In this document: positions 1-10,102 of the stretch, piece after piece
How positions within the stretch are numbered: the first letter of the stretch is position 1
How the letters are laid out: each line of letters begins with the position of its first letter
From: Bdellovibrionales bacterium
Lineage (GTDB): Bacteria > Bdellovibrionota > Bdellovibrionia > Bdellovibrionales > JAUICD01
Assembly (NCBI GenBank): GCA_965197425.1
Contig: CBDANC010000013.1
Span: 243,070-307,069 of the forward strand
DNA length: 64,000 nt
Reading direction: 5' to 3'
Position numbers and translations under genes: made by a program
Notes under the pieces: model-generated
Told to the model about the DNA's origin: nothing
Database searches by the model: none
Seen by the model: the letters and a program-made list of their open reading frames with translations, nothing else

Positions 1-1
1 T

Positions 2-610
2 GTGTTGATCCAAAGAGGCGATTTTAGGCCCATTACAAATGCTCAGCTGAAAATTCAAGACACCATCACAACTAAGTTCATAAACGATCACAGCATTGAA
101 GAAAAAGATGTGGTTGTAATTATGGAAATGTCATTCTCTGATTTAAAAGAAGCTTTAGATACAAAAGATTTCTTAGCCAGAGTAAATATCCTGAATGGAT
201 TAGGTTACAATGTGATGATCTCTAATTATCCAAAAATATCAGAGCTAGGCCACCGCATGAGGATTGAAAGGGTCAAACGATATACCTTTATTCTATCTGA
301 AAGAAGACTAGCGGCCATTTTTGACAACTTAGAAAACGATGGACTTATGCAAAACATGGGGAGGTTTTTGGCTAATAACGGTTATGTCTATACCTACAAT
401 GCCGGCGTTAAGTTTAACCCAGATCCACATCAAAAAAAATTATTTGAATATCTAGTAAGTGAAGGCAGAATAAACCCTCTCAAAGATCAATATAAACCAG
501 AGCACTATAATGTAATCTCCAAAATAAAATCAAATGACAAGTCTTGGACAAAATATGTACCGCCCTTAGCAGTCAAAGCTATACAAGATAATAACTACTT
601 TAAAAACTAA
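2..610 (+). CDS. C-terminal part of a nicotinate/nicotinamide nucleotide adenylyltransferase-like protein (5' truncated by window edge)
   Basis: Motifs GDFRPIT, DFLARVNIL-G-VMISNY and W-KYVP recalled for this family; ORF open at the left edge. Confidence 0.55.
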   Translation: MLIQRGDFRPITNAQLKIQDTITTKFINDHSIEEKDVVVIMEMSFSDLKEALDTKDFLARVNILNGLGYNVMISNYPKISELGHRMRIERVKRYTFILSERRLAAIFDNLENDGLMQNMGRFLANNGYVYTYNAGVKFNPDPHQKKLFEYLVSEGRINPLKDQYKPEHYNVISKIKSNDKSWTKYVPPLAVKAIQDNNYFKN

Positions 611-622
611 GAGGTTTTTATA

Positions 623-1252
623 TTGCACTCCAAACTCAATAAGCGTTGCGAGATTACAAGACATATATTTCATATACTGTGTATGTCCTCTATTGCGTTT
701 GGTGTGTGGTATGTAGATTTTGGCAAAGCAGTTACTGTACTGAGCATTTCTGTGCTTGTAATAATACCCTTAGATTTTTCAAGAAGATATGTTCCATTTT
801 TACAGTCCTTAGCTAGGCTAATATTTGGCAAGTTAATGCGGGATTATGAAAATACCAGACTATCAGGAGCATCCTATGCTCTCTTGGGAGGCTTCATATG
901 CCTTGTTATCTTCCCAAAGGAAGTTGCTGCAATTTCCATTTTAATGTTTGCTATAGGTGATCCTGCGTCTAATTTTGTGGGTACTAAATACGGTAAAGAT
1001 AAAATATTGGGTGACAAAACTCTTCAAGGAACAATAGCTTGTTTTGTTATCTGTATGATTATATCGTTCTCCTACGTATCAATGATTGGAGCATTTTCAT
1101 TTGAAAGATACATGGTAATAGGATTACTTGCAGGATTAATAGGTGCGATTACAGAGCTTGTTCCGGTAATGAAATTTAATGACAATTTTACAATGCCTAC
1201 ATTGAGTGGCTGCGGTATTTGGGTTTTATTTGTATCTTTTGGAATAATATGA
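623..1252 (+). CDS. CTP-dependent polyprenol/diacylglycerol kinase family (SEC59/DGK1-like) membrane protein
   Basis: RHIFH, GDPAS-VG-KYG, KTLQG and DNFTMP motifs; multiple TM helices; ATGA overlap with pssA. Confidence 0.75.
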   Translation: MHSKLNKRCEITRHIFHILCMSSIAFGVWYVDFGKAVTVLSISVLVIIPLDFSRRYVPFLQSLARLIFGKLMRDYENTRLSGASYALLGGFICLVIFPKEVAAISILMFAIGDPASNFVGTKYGKDKILGDKTLQGTIACFVICMIISFSYVSMIGAFSFERYMVIGLLAGLIGAITELVPVMKFNDNFTMPTLSGCGIWVLFVSFGII

Positions 1253-2052
1253 AAAAGGAAAACTTACACTACATAAAACAGACTAAAACACGATCTGACA
1301 CAAACCATGGACAGGTTGCCAATATTAAGGTTTTTATTTTACCCAATCTGCTGACCACAGGAAACTTGTTCTTTGGTTTTTACAGCATAGTATCCTCTAT
1401 AAACGGTAACTTTAAGGTTGCATGTTCCTCCATAATAATAGCCACTGTTTTTGATCTGTTAGACGGTAGAGTTGCTAAACTTACTAAAAGTGATTCAATA
1501 TTTGGAGCTCAATATGATGCGCTCTGTGATCTGGTTAGTTTTGGTGTAGCACCTTCTTTGTTAATGTACTTTTGGGCCTTACAGCCTTTTGGCAAATTTG
1601 GTTGGGTGGCCAGTTTTTTATATGTTTCTTGTACTGCTTTGAGACTTGCAAGATTTAACAGTAGTTACACCACTAGTGGTGGATACTCCACTCGTATAGG
1701 TCAATTTGGGGCAAGTAACAAAATTTCAAGACATTTTCAGGGACTGCCGTCTACCGCAGCTGCCGGTGTAATTGCTAGCAGTGTATTGTTCCTTTTGAAG
1801 AATAATATAGAAAACTATCGTCAAATAAGTTTGTTACTACTAACATTTACGCTAGCATTTCTTATGGTATCCAATTTTAAGTATAGAAACTTTAAGGACA
1901 TATTTATAAAAAAACGACACTTTTATATGTTAGTAATAGCGGTATTGTGTTTTATTTTACTTGTCATGCACACCGAGCTTACGCTCTTCATATTTTTTAC
2001 ATCATACATGTTGTTTGGTTGGCTGTTTAGCTCTAAGAGTTTGGAAGGTTAG
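1249..2052 (+). CDS. pssA: CDP-diacylglycerol--serine O-phosphatidyltransferase
   Basis: LPNLLT, CDP-alcohol phosphotransferase motif DLLDGRVAK...FGAQYDALCDLVSFG, LRLARFN, FQGLPS; start set to the ATG overlapping the upstream stop. Confidence 0.9.
   Translation: MKKENLHYIKQTKTRSDTNHGQVANIKVFILPNLLTTGNLFFGFYSIVSSINGNFKVACSSIIIATVFDLLDGRVAKLTKSDSIFGAQYDALCDLVSFGVAPSLLMYFWALQPFGKFGWVASFLYVSCTALRLARFNSSYTTSGGYSTRIGQFGASNKISRHFQGLPSTAAAGVIASSVLFLLKNNIENYRQISLLLLTFTLAFLMVSNFKYRNFKDIFIKKRHFYMLVIAVLCFILLVMHTELTLFIFFTSYMLFGWLFSSKSLEG
1679..1696 (+). repeat. 18-bp hairpin micro-element inside pssA (read as GGYSTR)
   Basis: GTGGATACTCCACTCGTA; stem GTGGA/TCCAC covaries with GCGGA/TCCGC of other copies; lies in an unusually long ARFN...FQGLP loop. 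Confidence 0.75.
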
Positions 2053-2056
2053 TTTT

Positions 2057-3028
2057 ATGCAAAACATAGCGGTTGTAGGAGCCACTGGACTGGTTGGAAA
2101 AGAGTTTCTAAAATTACTAAAAACCAAAACCAACCTTAAACTTTTCGCAAGCCCTAGCTCAAAAAACAAAAAAGTTAAGGTCTCAGACAAAGAATTTGAT
2201 ATCAATGTATTAGAGCCAGAGTGTTTTAACAATTTAGATATAGTATTTTTTTCTGCTGGGGGAGAAATTAGTAAAAGGTGGACTTCCAAAGCTGTCGATG
2301 CAGGAGCTTTTGTAATTGATAACTCCAGTACATTTAGAATGGACCCAGAAGTACCTTTAATTGTACCAGAGGTAAATGGTCAGATTTTAGATTCATTAAA
2401 AAACCCTTGTATAATTGCAAACCCAAACTGTTCCACCATTCAAATGGTTGTTGCATTGAACCAAATTCATAAAAGTTTTGAGATTAGTACAATCAAGGTT
2501 GCCACTTATCAATCAATAAGCGGAGCAGGAGCTAAGAGAACGCAAGACTTAATAGACATGTCTTTGGGTTACTTAAATAACAAGCCTGTCAAAGAAGATG
2601 ATTTAGCTTTCAATAATATCCCTCAAATAGGAAACATGTCACAAAATGCTTTTTCTACTGAAGAACTAAAAATGATAAATGAAACAAAAAAAATATTAGA
2701 TCCTGATATAAAAGTAAGTGCATTTTGTGTAAGGACTCCAACCATGAATGGTCACAGTGAAGTTGTATGGTTTACTTTAAAAAATAAATATTCAAGGCAA
2801 GATATTGTAAAAGCATTAGACTCAAGTGAAGGTGTTAAATATTTAGATGAAGGCTTTTGCACCAACAGGCATGCATCTGGCAAAAATGAAGTTTTTGTGA
2901 GCAGGCTGAGACAAGACCCAGATGATCCTTACACTTGGACAATGTGGGTTGTATCTGACAATTTGAAAAAAGGCGCTGCCCTGAATGGTTTTCAGATAGC
3001 AAATAGATTAAGCCATGGAAATTTGTAA
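2057..3028 (+). CDS. asd: Aspartate-semialdehyde dehydrogenase
   Basis: VVGATGLVG, IDNSSTFRM, IIANPNCST, DNLKKGAALN. Confidence 0.95.
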   Translation: MQNIAVVGATGLVGKEFLKLLKTKTNLKLFASPSSKNKKVKVSDKEFDINVLEPECFNNLDIVFFSAGGEISKRWTSKAVDAGAFVIDNSSTFRMDPEVPLIVPEVNGQILDSLKNPCIIANPNCSTIQMVVALNQIHKSFEISTIKVATYQSISGAGAKRTQDLIDMSLGYLNNKPVKEDDLAFNNIPQIGNMSQNAFSTEELKMINETKKILDPDIKVSAFCVRTPTMNGHSEVVWFTLKNKYSRQDIVKALDSSEGVKYLDEGFCTNRHASGKNEVFVSRLRQDPDDPYTWTMWVVSDNLKKGAALNGFQIANRLSHGNL

Positions 3029-3893
3029 AAAAGATTTTTTCAAAAATCTGCAAGATAAAATTTGTGATTGGATTATGTCTATAGAGACGAAGCCTTTTTT
3101 TACAGATAAATGGCAAAAGAGTGACTTAAAAGGTGGTGGTGAAACCAGAGTATTTGAAAATGGCACTTTTTTAGAAAAAGGTTGTGTGAATTTTTCAGAG
3201 GTAGAAGGAAAACTTGATCCTAGTTTTGTAAATAAAATTAAATTAGGCAGTGGGCTTGATTTTTATGCCACGGGAACTTCGGTGGTTTTACACCCAAAAA
3301 ATCCATTTGTCCCTACGGTACACTGTAACTACAGATTTATTAAAAGAGGCTCTGATAGTTGGTATGGTGGTGGTGCTGATTTAACTCCGTATTATATTTT
3401 TGAAGAAGACTGTATACACTTTCACCAAACATATTATGAAGCATTAAAACCCTATGGAAAATATCAGGAATTTAAAAAAAAGTGTGATGAATATTTTTAT
3501 TTACCTCATAGGAATGAAACTAGGGGTATTGGTGGAATATTTTTTGACTATGAACAAGATGAAAATGCATTTGAAATGGTCGAAGCTTGTGGTGGTTCGT
3601 TTGTAAAATCTTATAGTGAGATAGCTCTGAAAAGAAAGAGTATACCTTTTGCCGAGAAACATGTAGAATTCCAACAGCTAAGAAGGGGTAGATATGTTGA
3701 ATTTAATTTGCTTTATGATAGGGGTACAGCTTTTGGCTTAAAAACTAAAGGAAGAGTTGAATCTATTTTGTTGTCTTTACCCAGAAATGTTAAATGGCAT
3801 TATAAACACGAGGACACCTTAGGATCTGAGGAGAAAAAATTGTTTAAGTATTTAAAACCTATAGACTGGCTAAAGCTACCTAAGAAGGGTTAA
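3015..3893 (+). CDS. hemF: Oxygen-dependent coproporphyrinogen III oxidase
   Basis: HPKNPFVPTVHCNYR, GGGADLTP, RGIGGIFFD, RRGRYVEFNLLYDRGT. Confidence 0.95.
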   Translation: MEICKKDFFKNLQDKICDWIMSIETKPFFTDKWQKSDLKGGGETRVFENGTFLEKGCVNFSEVEGKLDPSFVNKIKLGSGLDFYATGTSVVLHPKNPFVPTVHCNYRFIKRGSDSWYGGGADLTPYYIFEEDCIHFHQTYYEALKPYGKYQEFKKKCDEYFYLPHRNETRGIGGIFFDYEQDENAFEMVEACGGSFVKSYSEIALKRKSIPFAEKHVEFQQLRRGRYVEFNLLYDRGTAFGLKTKGRVESILLSLPRNVKWHYKHEDTLGSEEKKLFKYLKPIDWLKLPKKG

Positions 3894-3997
3894 TCGCTAC
3901 AAACCCAAGTCATTACTTAAAATCTTTTTAGGTCTGATTTCTAGTCGAATAATCATCTCAATACGTAACACACACCAAAGCAACTGAAACACAGCAA

Positions 3998-4028
3998 TTT
4001 TCGATATGAGCCCACGGTATATCGAAAA
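3998..4028. terminator. Inverted repeat between convergent genes (possible bidirectional terminator)
   Basis: TTTTCGATAT-N11-ATATCGAAAA, perfect 10-bp arms. Confidence 0.35.
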
Positions 4029-4100
4029 AAACTTTAATTTTTGATATGTCACCTAAAAGCAAAAATAAAAACTAAGTTTAACAACTAGGTTTAGTTTTTC

Positions 4101-4769
4101 TCATTTCTTGCCTTCATGTTCCCTTAACATGCGAGCTATTTCCGTATGACCTTGCTCTGAAGCAATATCAAAAGCTGTCTCTCCGGGTTTGTTGGTGATA
4201 GTCAGGTCAATATCAGGATGAGCAAGAAGCATTGACACTATTTCTGTACGAACAAAAAATGCAGCAGCCATGAGGGGAGTAGTACCGCCACTTTCCTTGT
4301 TCACATCAATGTCAGGGTGAGCCAGAAGCATTTTCACAATCTCCTTATGTCCTTTTTCGGTAGCCAATAACAAAGGGGGACCTAATGATCTAGCACCGCT
4401 AGTGATCGAATACACTAACTGTCTATGGTTGACATCAATAAAACTGTATTCCAGCATCGTTGAAACACTATTTGTGTGCCCCCATTCAGTAGCATAATTA
4501 AGCGTCTTATTAGCAGCCCTTGAGCACATTTTTTTTTGGAAAACATTCATGTGCTCGATTTTATCCATGGCATAACGCAATTTTGCATCATCTTTCGTAG
4601 AAACACTATCAATAATAGCTGCCTTTTCCGTGCAGAAAGCTCCAGATTCAGATGCCACTCCTCTTTCCCGGTTATCTAAAGCTTCTCTGTCAACTCTAGA
4701 ATCTACACTCTTACAAGAGATAGTAACTAGAGCAATACATGAAAACAAAACAATAGAAATTTTATTCAT
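4101..4769 (-). CDS. Ankyrin-repeat lipoprotein
   Basis: Signal with TISC lipobox; repeats GH-EIV-MLLAHPDID(V/L) and TPLMAA. Confidence 0.8.
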   Translation of the reverse strand: MNKISIVLFSCIALVTISCKSVDSRVDREALDNRERGVASESGAFCTEKAAIIDSVSTKDDAKLRYAMDKIEHMNVFQKKMCSRAANKTLNYATEWGHTNSVSTMLEYSFIDVNHRQLVYSITSGARSLGPPLLLATEKGHKEIVKMLLAHPDIDVNKESGGTTPLMAAAFFVRTEIVSMLLAHPDIDLTITNKPGETAFDIASEQGHTEIARMLREHEGKK

Positions 4770-4863
4770 AACACCATCCTTGAGCTTAGTAACTTCTTTA
4801 GAACGTAACACAAATGGGGGGGGGTACAAGTACTTTGTTAAAAGGGAATAGCAAGATCAGTTA

Positions 4864-5016
4864 CTATTTTGTAATTATTCTATCAACACTTCTGAGTGTT
4901 TTAACAGTTTCGACATAATCGCCAAGATATAAATACACACCAAAATATGCATACGCTAATGCTGTAACTCCATGTCTATCTTCAACATTAATATCTATTT
5001 CTGTTTCCTCTACCAA
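4864..5016 (-). pseudogene. C-terminal remnant of an ankyrin-repeat gene
   Basis: Manual translation LVEETEIDINVEDRHGVTALAYAY...K*; in-frame stop a few codons upstream. Confidence 0.55.
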
Positions 5017-5046
5017 TGGGAAATTTTACATTTTAGTTTTTACATT

Positions 5047-5856
5047 TTAAAGCTGAAGTGATTTCAACAATTCTAATGTTTGTTCTAGACCAGAAAGGTC
5101 TTTAGGACCACTTAGAGCAGACCGTATTAATCCTCTACCAGAGACACTTAGCTCAATAAACATTGTTTCGTTAAGTGTTTTACTTCTAAAATACATAGCT
5201 CCGTTATTAATAGAATAGTCAGGCATTATTTTCAAAAGATCGATCCTTCTATTTTCTAATTCAGTTTTTTGCTTTTGTACTTTAATACTACTTCTAACTT
5301 CACCCATTTGCCCAAAATGAGCATCACTTATACTTAAACTTATATCCTCTTCTATTATGTCGATTGCTTCTTGCCTCATGGCGTGAAGACCAAATGGAGT
5401 TTCATCCATAATTTTAATTATATCATGGTGTCCATACTTTAATGCAACCGCATTGGCAGTATGAAACTCATCTGCAGTGTCTTCCATAAAGGAAAATTTT
5501 CTTAATAAAGCTCCAACTGCTTTAGCGCGTCCCGATAGACCAGCCCACATCAAAGCAGTGTAACCCCCTTTATCCTGGGCATGTATATCTATCCTATTAG
5601 AGTTAACCAAAAGATTAACTTGCTCAACATTTCCGCGAAGCACCGCCCAATGAAGCGCATTTCTACCATCTTTATCTGTGACTGAAAGATCAATGTAAGA
5701 GTTTGCTATCCAACGCTTAAGGGCTTCAGTGTCTTCATTTTTAACCGCATTAATTATATTATTTCTAAAAATTTTACTAACTAAAGCGGTAATGCAGCCT
5801 GAAGCACTTGCTGTATTATAAGATAATAAGATAATTAATAAATACTTGATTTTAAT
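5047..5856 (-). CDS. Secreted ankyrin-repeat protein (paralog of next gene), probable ATT start
   Basis: Frame stays open 71 codons upstream of the called GTG and aligns with the paralog through the signal peptide IKIKYLLIILLSY. Confidence 0.75.
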   Translation of the reverse strand: MKIKYLLIILLSYNTASASGCITALVSKIFRNNIINAVKNEDTEALKRWIANSYIDLSVTDKDGRNALHWAVLRGNVEQVNLLVNSNRIDIHAQDKGGYTALMWAGLSGRAKAVGALLRKFSFMEDTADEFHTANAVALKYGHHDIIKIMDETPFGLHAMRQEAIDIIEEDISLSISDAHFGQMGEVRSSIKVQKQKTELENRRIDLLKIMPDYSINNGAMYFRSKTLNETMFIELSVSGRGLIRSALSGPKDLSGLEQTLELLKSLQL

Positions 5857-5991
5857 TGCACACCACCTGCATACATTAAATTCCCAAAACCAGCATCGTG
5901 CTAGCAGGTATTACCTAAAATATAAAGTTCCATATTATAACCATGTAATAATTGTTTTGTTGTTAGTACACTACATCTTTAAACTAAAAAG

Positions 5992-6795
5992 TTAATGATT
6001 TTTGAAAACTTCTAGCACTTCTTCCATAAGTGCAATGTTTTGAGAGCTACTTAAAGCAGCATTTATTAATTCAACATCAGATCTGCTTAATTTCGCTGAT
6101 ACTGTACGGTTAAGGGTCTTGCTTCTAAAATATATCACTCTATCATTATCGATAGTATAGCTAATCACTATCTTTTCAAATAGTTCCTTAGTTTTAGCTT
6201 CCAACATAGCCAGTTCATCTGCTATCTCAGATGCAAGTTCAATTTCATCTACTTGCTCAAAATAGTCTTTTCTTTTTCGCAGACTTATACCTTCTTCCAT
6301 TATTGTTATTATTTCTTCAATTGCAACATGGTATCCGAACGGTGTCTCATCCAAAATTTCTCCTACGTCTCGCCTGTCATATTTTAACGCTAGTACATAG
6401 GCAGTATGAAACTCATCTATAACATTTTCATTAAAGATAAACTTTGTTAATAAAACTCCAACAACTTTAGAATATCCAAGCACACTCGCCAATACCAAAG
6501 CAGTGTAACCTTCTTTATCCTGGGCATGTATATCTATCCTATTAGAGTTAACCAAAAGATTAGCGTGTTCAGCATTCCCTAAACGTGCTGCCCAATTAAG
6601 AGCATTTCTACCGTCTTTATCTGTTACTGAAAGATCAATGTAAGAATTTGCTATCCAGCGCTTAAGTGCTTCAGTATCTTCATTTTTAACTGCATCAATG
6701 ACACCATTATCTTTACTATTTAAGGCATCAGTGCAATCTGAAGCACCTGCTATACTATAAGATAATAAGATGATTAATAAATACTTGATTTTAAT
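5992..6795 (-). CDS. Secreted ankyrin-repeat protein
   Basis: DGRNALNWAA and GYTALVLA repeats; signal peptide; start either ATT at 6795 or GTG at 6840. Confidence 0.8.
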   Translation of the reverse strand: MKIKYLLIILLSYSIAGASDCTDALNSKDNGVIDAVKNEDTEALKRWIANSYIDLSVTDKDGRNALNWAARLGNAEHANLLVNSNRIDIHAQDKEGYTALVLASVLGYSKVVGVLLTKFIFNENVIDEFHTAYVLALKYDRRDVGEILDETPFGYHVAIEEIITIMEEGISLRKRKDYFEQVDEIELASEIADELAMLEAKTKELFEKIVISYTIDNDRVIYFRSKTLNRTVSAKLSRSDVELINAALSSSQNIALMEEVLEVFKNH

Positions 6796-7032
6796 TGTAC
6801 ACCACCTATTTGTATGAAATATGCCCTTATAAAAAGACACCTCAGTCCTAACTCATATAGCTTAAAAAAGAAAGCTTTATACCATAAAATATGTAATGAT
6901 TTTACTTATCATATAAGAATTTAATAAGTAAATAAACAATTTTTCTAATTGTTCCAACAAGCTAGATTTGATAGCTTGAACATATGGTGTAGACCAGGGC
7001 ATTGCTTCATACAGAAGACTCTTAAACTTTAT

Positions 7033-8274
7033 ATGGTTAATTATATAAGAACTGAACAAAAAGAACTCTCTTTTCATGGAAGGCAACTTTTAAGAGGAAG
7101 GCATAAAATACACCCCTACCCTGCCATGTTGCATCCATTGCTGGTAGATTTTCTCATTACAAAATATGCTAAAAAAGCTGATGTGATCTTCGACCCATTT
7201 TGTGGAAGTGGAGTAACTTTGCTTCAATCCAACATCAAAGGGTATGAGTCAATAGGCTTTGACATAAATCCCATAGCAGTACTAATTGCCCGAGCTAAAA
7301 CTAAAACTTACCATAAAAAAAAGCTACTTGAAGAGTTTGAAAAGCTAAAGAACTCTCTTTATAGCAAAAGAAATTCTTATGATAACCAAATAGATATTCC
7401 TCAAATAAAAAATATAGATTACTGGTATCCCAAGGAAGTTGTAGGTGATCTTGGTAAAATAAGATGGTCTTTGAAAAACAAATCCTATGAATATAGAGAC
7501 TTTTTCATGACAATTTTTGCATTTATCTGCCGCAATCAGTCTCTTACAAGAAATGGAGAATTTAAGCGATATAGGATTAAAAAAGAAAAAATATTAAAAA
7601 CAAAAAATGAGGTCTTATCTAAATTTCTTTTACACATTGAAAATATGATAGAGGTGTTTCTAAGTGATGATATACCCAAACAAAAAAGCCAGCCTATACT
7701 TGCCAATTCAGAAGACAGAATCCCTTCCAAAATAAAATATGATCTAGTCATCAGCTCTCCACCTTACGGTGATAGCAAAACAACTGTTGCTTATGGACAA
7801 TATACGAGTTTTGGAGCTGATTGGGTAAATGACTTAAACAATCACCATACTAATGGCTATAAGATTGACAGAGAAAGCTTAGGAATAAAAAAACAATTAA
7901 AAAAGGAACTAACCAAGCATGCAATCTTGATAGATACAATAGAGAAGATTAAGTGTGTGGATTCCAACCGAGCTTGCGAAGTGTTGCACTTTTTCAATGG
8001 CTATTACAAAGCTTTAAAAAACATAATAGAGAACCTAAATGAGAAAGGAAGGGTTTGCATTGTGGTTGGAAATAGGACGGTAAAAGGTTGTCAAATACCT
8101 ATGGATCAAATCACCGCATCTTTCTTTGATAGCATGGGGCTTAACTTTAAAGGGATATTTGTTAGAGATATTCATAACAAAGTGATGCCTTCAAAAAACT
8201 CTCCTACAAACCAAACTGGCATGAAATCAAAAACCATGACAAAGGAATACATAGTAGTTTTTAGCAAAGAATGA
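7033..8274 (+). CDS. Orphan amino DNA methyltransferase (motif I before motif IV; probably N4-cytosine)
   Basis: HPYPAM, DPFCGSG (motif I), SSPPY (motif IV), VVGNR; no endonuclease recognised nearby. Confidence 0.85.
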   Translation: MVNYIRTEQKELSFHGRQLLRGRHKIHPYPAMLHPLLVDFLITKYAKKADVIFDPFCGSGVTLLQSNIKGYESIGFDINPIAVLIARAKTKTYHKKKLLEEFEKLKNSLYSKRNSYDNQIDIPQIKNIDYWYPKEVVGDLGKIRWSLKNKSYEYRDFFMTIFAFICRNQSLTRNGEFKRYRIKKEKILKTKNEVLSKFLLHIENMIEVFLSDDIPKQKSQPILANSEDRIPSKIKYDLVISSPPYGDSKTTVAYGQYTSFGADWVNDLNNHHTNGYKIDRESLGIKKQLKKELTKHAILIDTIEKIKCVDSNRACEVLHFFNGYYKALKNIIENLNEKGRVCIVVGNRTVKGCQIPMDQITASFFDSMGLNFKGIFVRDIHNKVMPSKNSPTNQTGMKSKTMTKEYIVVFSKE

Positions 8275-8342
8275 CAAAAAAAGTATAAAAACCATACAAA
8301 CGTTTGTGTTGTTGTTAAACAAAATACCGAATTAGTCCTTAG

Positions 8343-8819
8343 ATGGGATTTAGTAGTAAAAATATATTTTTGGCACTATTTTTGATTTTATGCACCAGTT
8401 GTGCAAAACAAAATAGTTACCAGTCAAATAACCAGGATGAGATTTTAAATGATTGGGTGGTGGCCGTAACTCAGTTGGACAGAGAATCTACAACAGATCT
8501 ATTAAGCAAATATCCTGGCCTAATAAATGAAATAGGTGATTTTAAGATTCAGGATCGCTATATTAGAGGTACCGCCCTAGATTATACCAGTCACATGTAC
8601 CTATCGTATGTTGAGTCTCATACTTCTAAAACTCACAATACAAAGGAACATAAAAAACAAAGCAGAGACAATTTTGTTGATGATTACTTCCAGACTCCAG
8701 GACTTATCAACCAAATCAATAGTTTTACTAATTTTTTAATCAGCAACGGTGCAAGACGTAGCCCAGCTTTTAACAGAAATTACCATGTAAAACTAAGTGA
8801 GCTTTTCGACCGAGATTAG
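8343..8819 (+). CDS. Hypothetical lipoprotein
   Basis: Signal peptide ending CTSC. Confidence 0.6.
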   Translation: MGFSSKNIFLALFLILCTSCAKQNSYQSNNQDEILNDWVVAVTQLDRESTTDLLSKYPGLINEIGDFKIQDRYIRGTALDYTSHMYLSYVESHTSKTHNTKEHKKQSRDNFVDDYFQTPGLINQINSFTNFLISNGARRSPAFNRNYHVKLSELFDRD

Positions 8820-8838
8820 TCAAAAGATGATAAAAATA

Positions 8839-9831
8839 CTATGCCTTGTTAAGATTTTTTCTTTTAATTTTTTCAACCAAAGTAGTTCTATTTAACTTAA
8901 GTAGACTAGCTGCCCTATTTTTATTCCAATTGACTTTGTTCAAGGCATCTATCAATAACATATTTTCATATTGAGCAACAGCCTTATTAAGATCCATTCC
9001 AGAGTTAGGTACAAAGGTGTGTAATTTGTCATTTTCCCCAGAATCTCGATTGGTTATATATTTTGCAGGAAGATCTGCCAATTCAATTAGTCCTTTACCC
9101 TTTATAATAATTAATCTTTCAATTAAATTTTCTAACTCCCGTATATTTCCAGGCCAAGGATGAGCACACAGCTGATCCATTGCGCTTTTGCTAATACCAG
9201 TTATCTGTTTATTGTTTTGTCTTGAAAATATATTTAAAAAATAGTTGGTTAATATGGGTATGTCTGAAACACGATCTTTTAATGAAGGCATTTTTATTGG
9301 TATAACATTTAATCTGTAATATAGATCTCTTCTAAAATTATTTTCCTTTATAGCTTTTTCTAGATCTATATTAGTGGCTGTAATAACCCTCGCGCTAAAC
9401 CACTTTGTCTTATTGCCTCCAACCGATTCAAACTTTCTATCCTGTAAAACTCTGAGTAATTTAGCCTGCAAGCTAGCACTCATATCCCCTATTTCATCCA
9501 GAAAGATTGTGCCATTTCCTGCTCTTTCAAACCTACCTATTCTATCAGAGATAGCACCAGTAAATGCTCCTTTGACATGACCAAACAGCTCACTTTCTAA
9601 AAGCTCTGATGGGATAGCAGTACAGTTTATAGCAACCAATGGCTCATTTGCCCTTTTCGAGTTGTAGTGTAATGCTTGAGCTACTAGTTCTTTACCAGTG
9701 CCACTTTCTCCTGTGATTAGTACATTAGCGTGAGATGATGCAACCCTATCTATGAGTTGCATAACCTTCATAATGGGATCACTCTCTCCTATAATACAGT
9801 CTAATTTATATTTATCCAGATTTACTTTCAT
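8839..9831 (-). CDS. Sigma-54-dependent enhancer-binding protein (AAA+ and Fis HTH, no sensory domain)
   Basis: GESGTGKE, ELFGHVKGAFTGA, FLDEIGD, WPGNIREL, C-terminal HTH. Confidence 0.92.
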   Translation of the reverse strand: MKVNLDKYKLDCIIGESDPIMKVMQLIDRVASSHANVLITGESGTGKELVAQALHYNSKRANEPLVAINCTAIPSELLESELFGHVKGAFTGAISDRIGRFERAGNGTIFLDEIGDMSASLQAKLLRVLQDRKFESVGGNKTKWFSARVITATNIDLEKAIKENNFRRDLYYRLNVIPIKMPSLKDRVSDIPILTNYFLNIFSRQNNKQITGISKSAMDQLCAHPWPGNIRELENLIERLIIIKGKGLIELADLPAKYITNRDSGENDKLHTFVPNSGMDLNKAVAQYENMLLIDALNKVNWNKNRAASLLKLNRTTLVEKIKRKNLNKA

Positions 9832-10007
9832 AAGTAGCAAAAACTCCTCATCTAGATTTACAGGTTAATTTAGGCTAGGCGAGTTTACCAATTTCTCATC
9901 AAAAATTAGTCAAAAGACCACATACAAGCCTCACCTAAAGACTAAAATATTTTTGCTTGAAAAAAAAATCCTACGGACTATAATCCCAGAGCTTACGTTA
10001 TGATGAT

Positions 10008-10069
10008 AAGACCTATAGGAGATGAGTTTGATGACACGTGTAGAGCTGGGCAACCATTCGGCTAAAAAA
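10008..10069 (-). repeat. Partial (3' half) copy of the 123-nt structured element
   Basis: Near-identical to tails at 27315-27352, 47321-47355 and 49575-49615 (TGGTTGCCCAGCTCTACACGTGTCATCAAACTCAT). Confidence 0.8.
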
Positions 10070-10102
10070 CCGACCGCAGAGAGGTTATTTCAATTGGATA
10101 AT

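Noticed and set aside
9860..9945. Possible highly decayed 123-nt element
   Set aside because: Only a head-like GTCTTTAGGTGAGGCT on the minus strand; the core and stem are not recoverable by eye.
10040..10065. c-di-GMP-I riboswitch (GGGCAACCATTCG resembles its 5' part)
   Set aside because: The GAAA tetraloop and downstream GCAAAGC core are missing; the sequence is the reverse strand of the 123-nt element.
10022..10102. N-terminal extension of HemB
   Set aside because: Derived from the partial repeat; not HemB-like.
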